This document shows, in pieces, positions 63,976 through 64,000 of a stretch of 64,000 nucleotides of DNA. The notes under the pieces were generated by a model. It had not been told where the DNA came from. It was given only the letters and a program-made list of their open reading frames with translations, and did not search any database. How positions within the stretch are numbered: the first letter of the stretch is position 1; each line of letters opens with the position of its first letter. The position numbers and the translations under genes were made by a program. The DNA is from a virus: positions 1 to 64,000 of the IMG/VR virus record IMGVR_UViG_3300021964_000047; one strand, given 5' to 3'.

Positions 63976-64000
63976 TTATGTCCCACAGATAGGGGATCTA

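Noticed and set aside
1-64000. Minus-strand ORFs and short alternative-frame plus-strand ORFs in the ORF track
   Set aside because: Nearly all lie within longer plus-strand genes that have SDs and recognisable motifs, and none shows a recognisable motif of its own; treated as shadow ORFs
1-64000. Stop-codon reassignment
   Set aside because: Conserved genes are full length in the standard code, and TAA, TAG and TGA are all used as real stops

Overview
This window is a 64-kb segment of a large, AT-rich, T4-like tailed phage with a contractile tail. Essentially every credible gene is on the + strand in the standard genetic code. Bases 1-19.6 kb hold the virion morphogenesis module: neck, tail terminator, sheath, two tubes, tail chaperone, tape measure and baseplate. 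Bases 19.6-55 kb hold replication, nucleotide-metabolism, chaperone and lysis genes: minimal PolA, a tubulin/FtsZ-like protein, gp32-type SSB, RecA, 5'-3' exonuclease, DnaB, class II RNR, ThyX, DnaE, dUTPase, ClpP, GroEL/GroES, a J-domain protein and an amidase. Bases 55-64 kb are an early-type accessory region of very short genes driven by many near-consensus sigma70 promoters. The most notable observations are: (1) unrelated proteins sharing short N-terminal leaders (MKLTxxxLxxMIxE or MKLLxENWRxxLxE), several behind a putative late promoter ACTA(A/T)TTA, suggesting capsid-targeted ejected cargo; (2) a homolog of the myxobacterial gliding-motility protein CglF/GltF, pointing to a Myxococcota/Bdellovibrionota host; (3) an array of about 14 overlapping KOW/SH3-like 'xGDLV' mini-genes with identical DNA junctions and divergent bodies, resembling a shufflable cassette array; (4) a probable +1 frameshift in the tail chaperone gene; and (5) three repeats at about 99-bp period in a non-coding gap. 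All family assignments come from motif recognition by eye; no database search was run.
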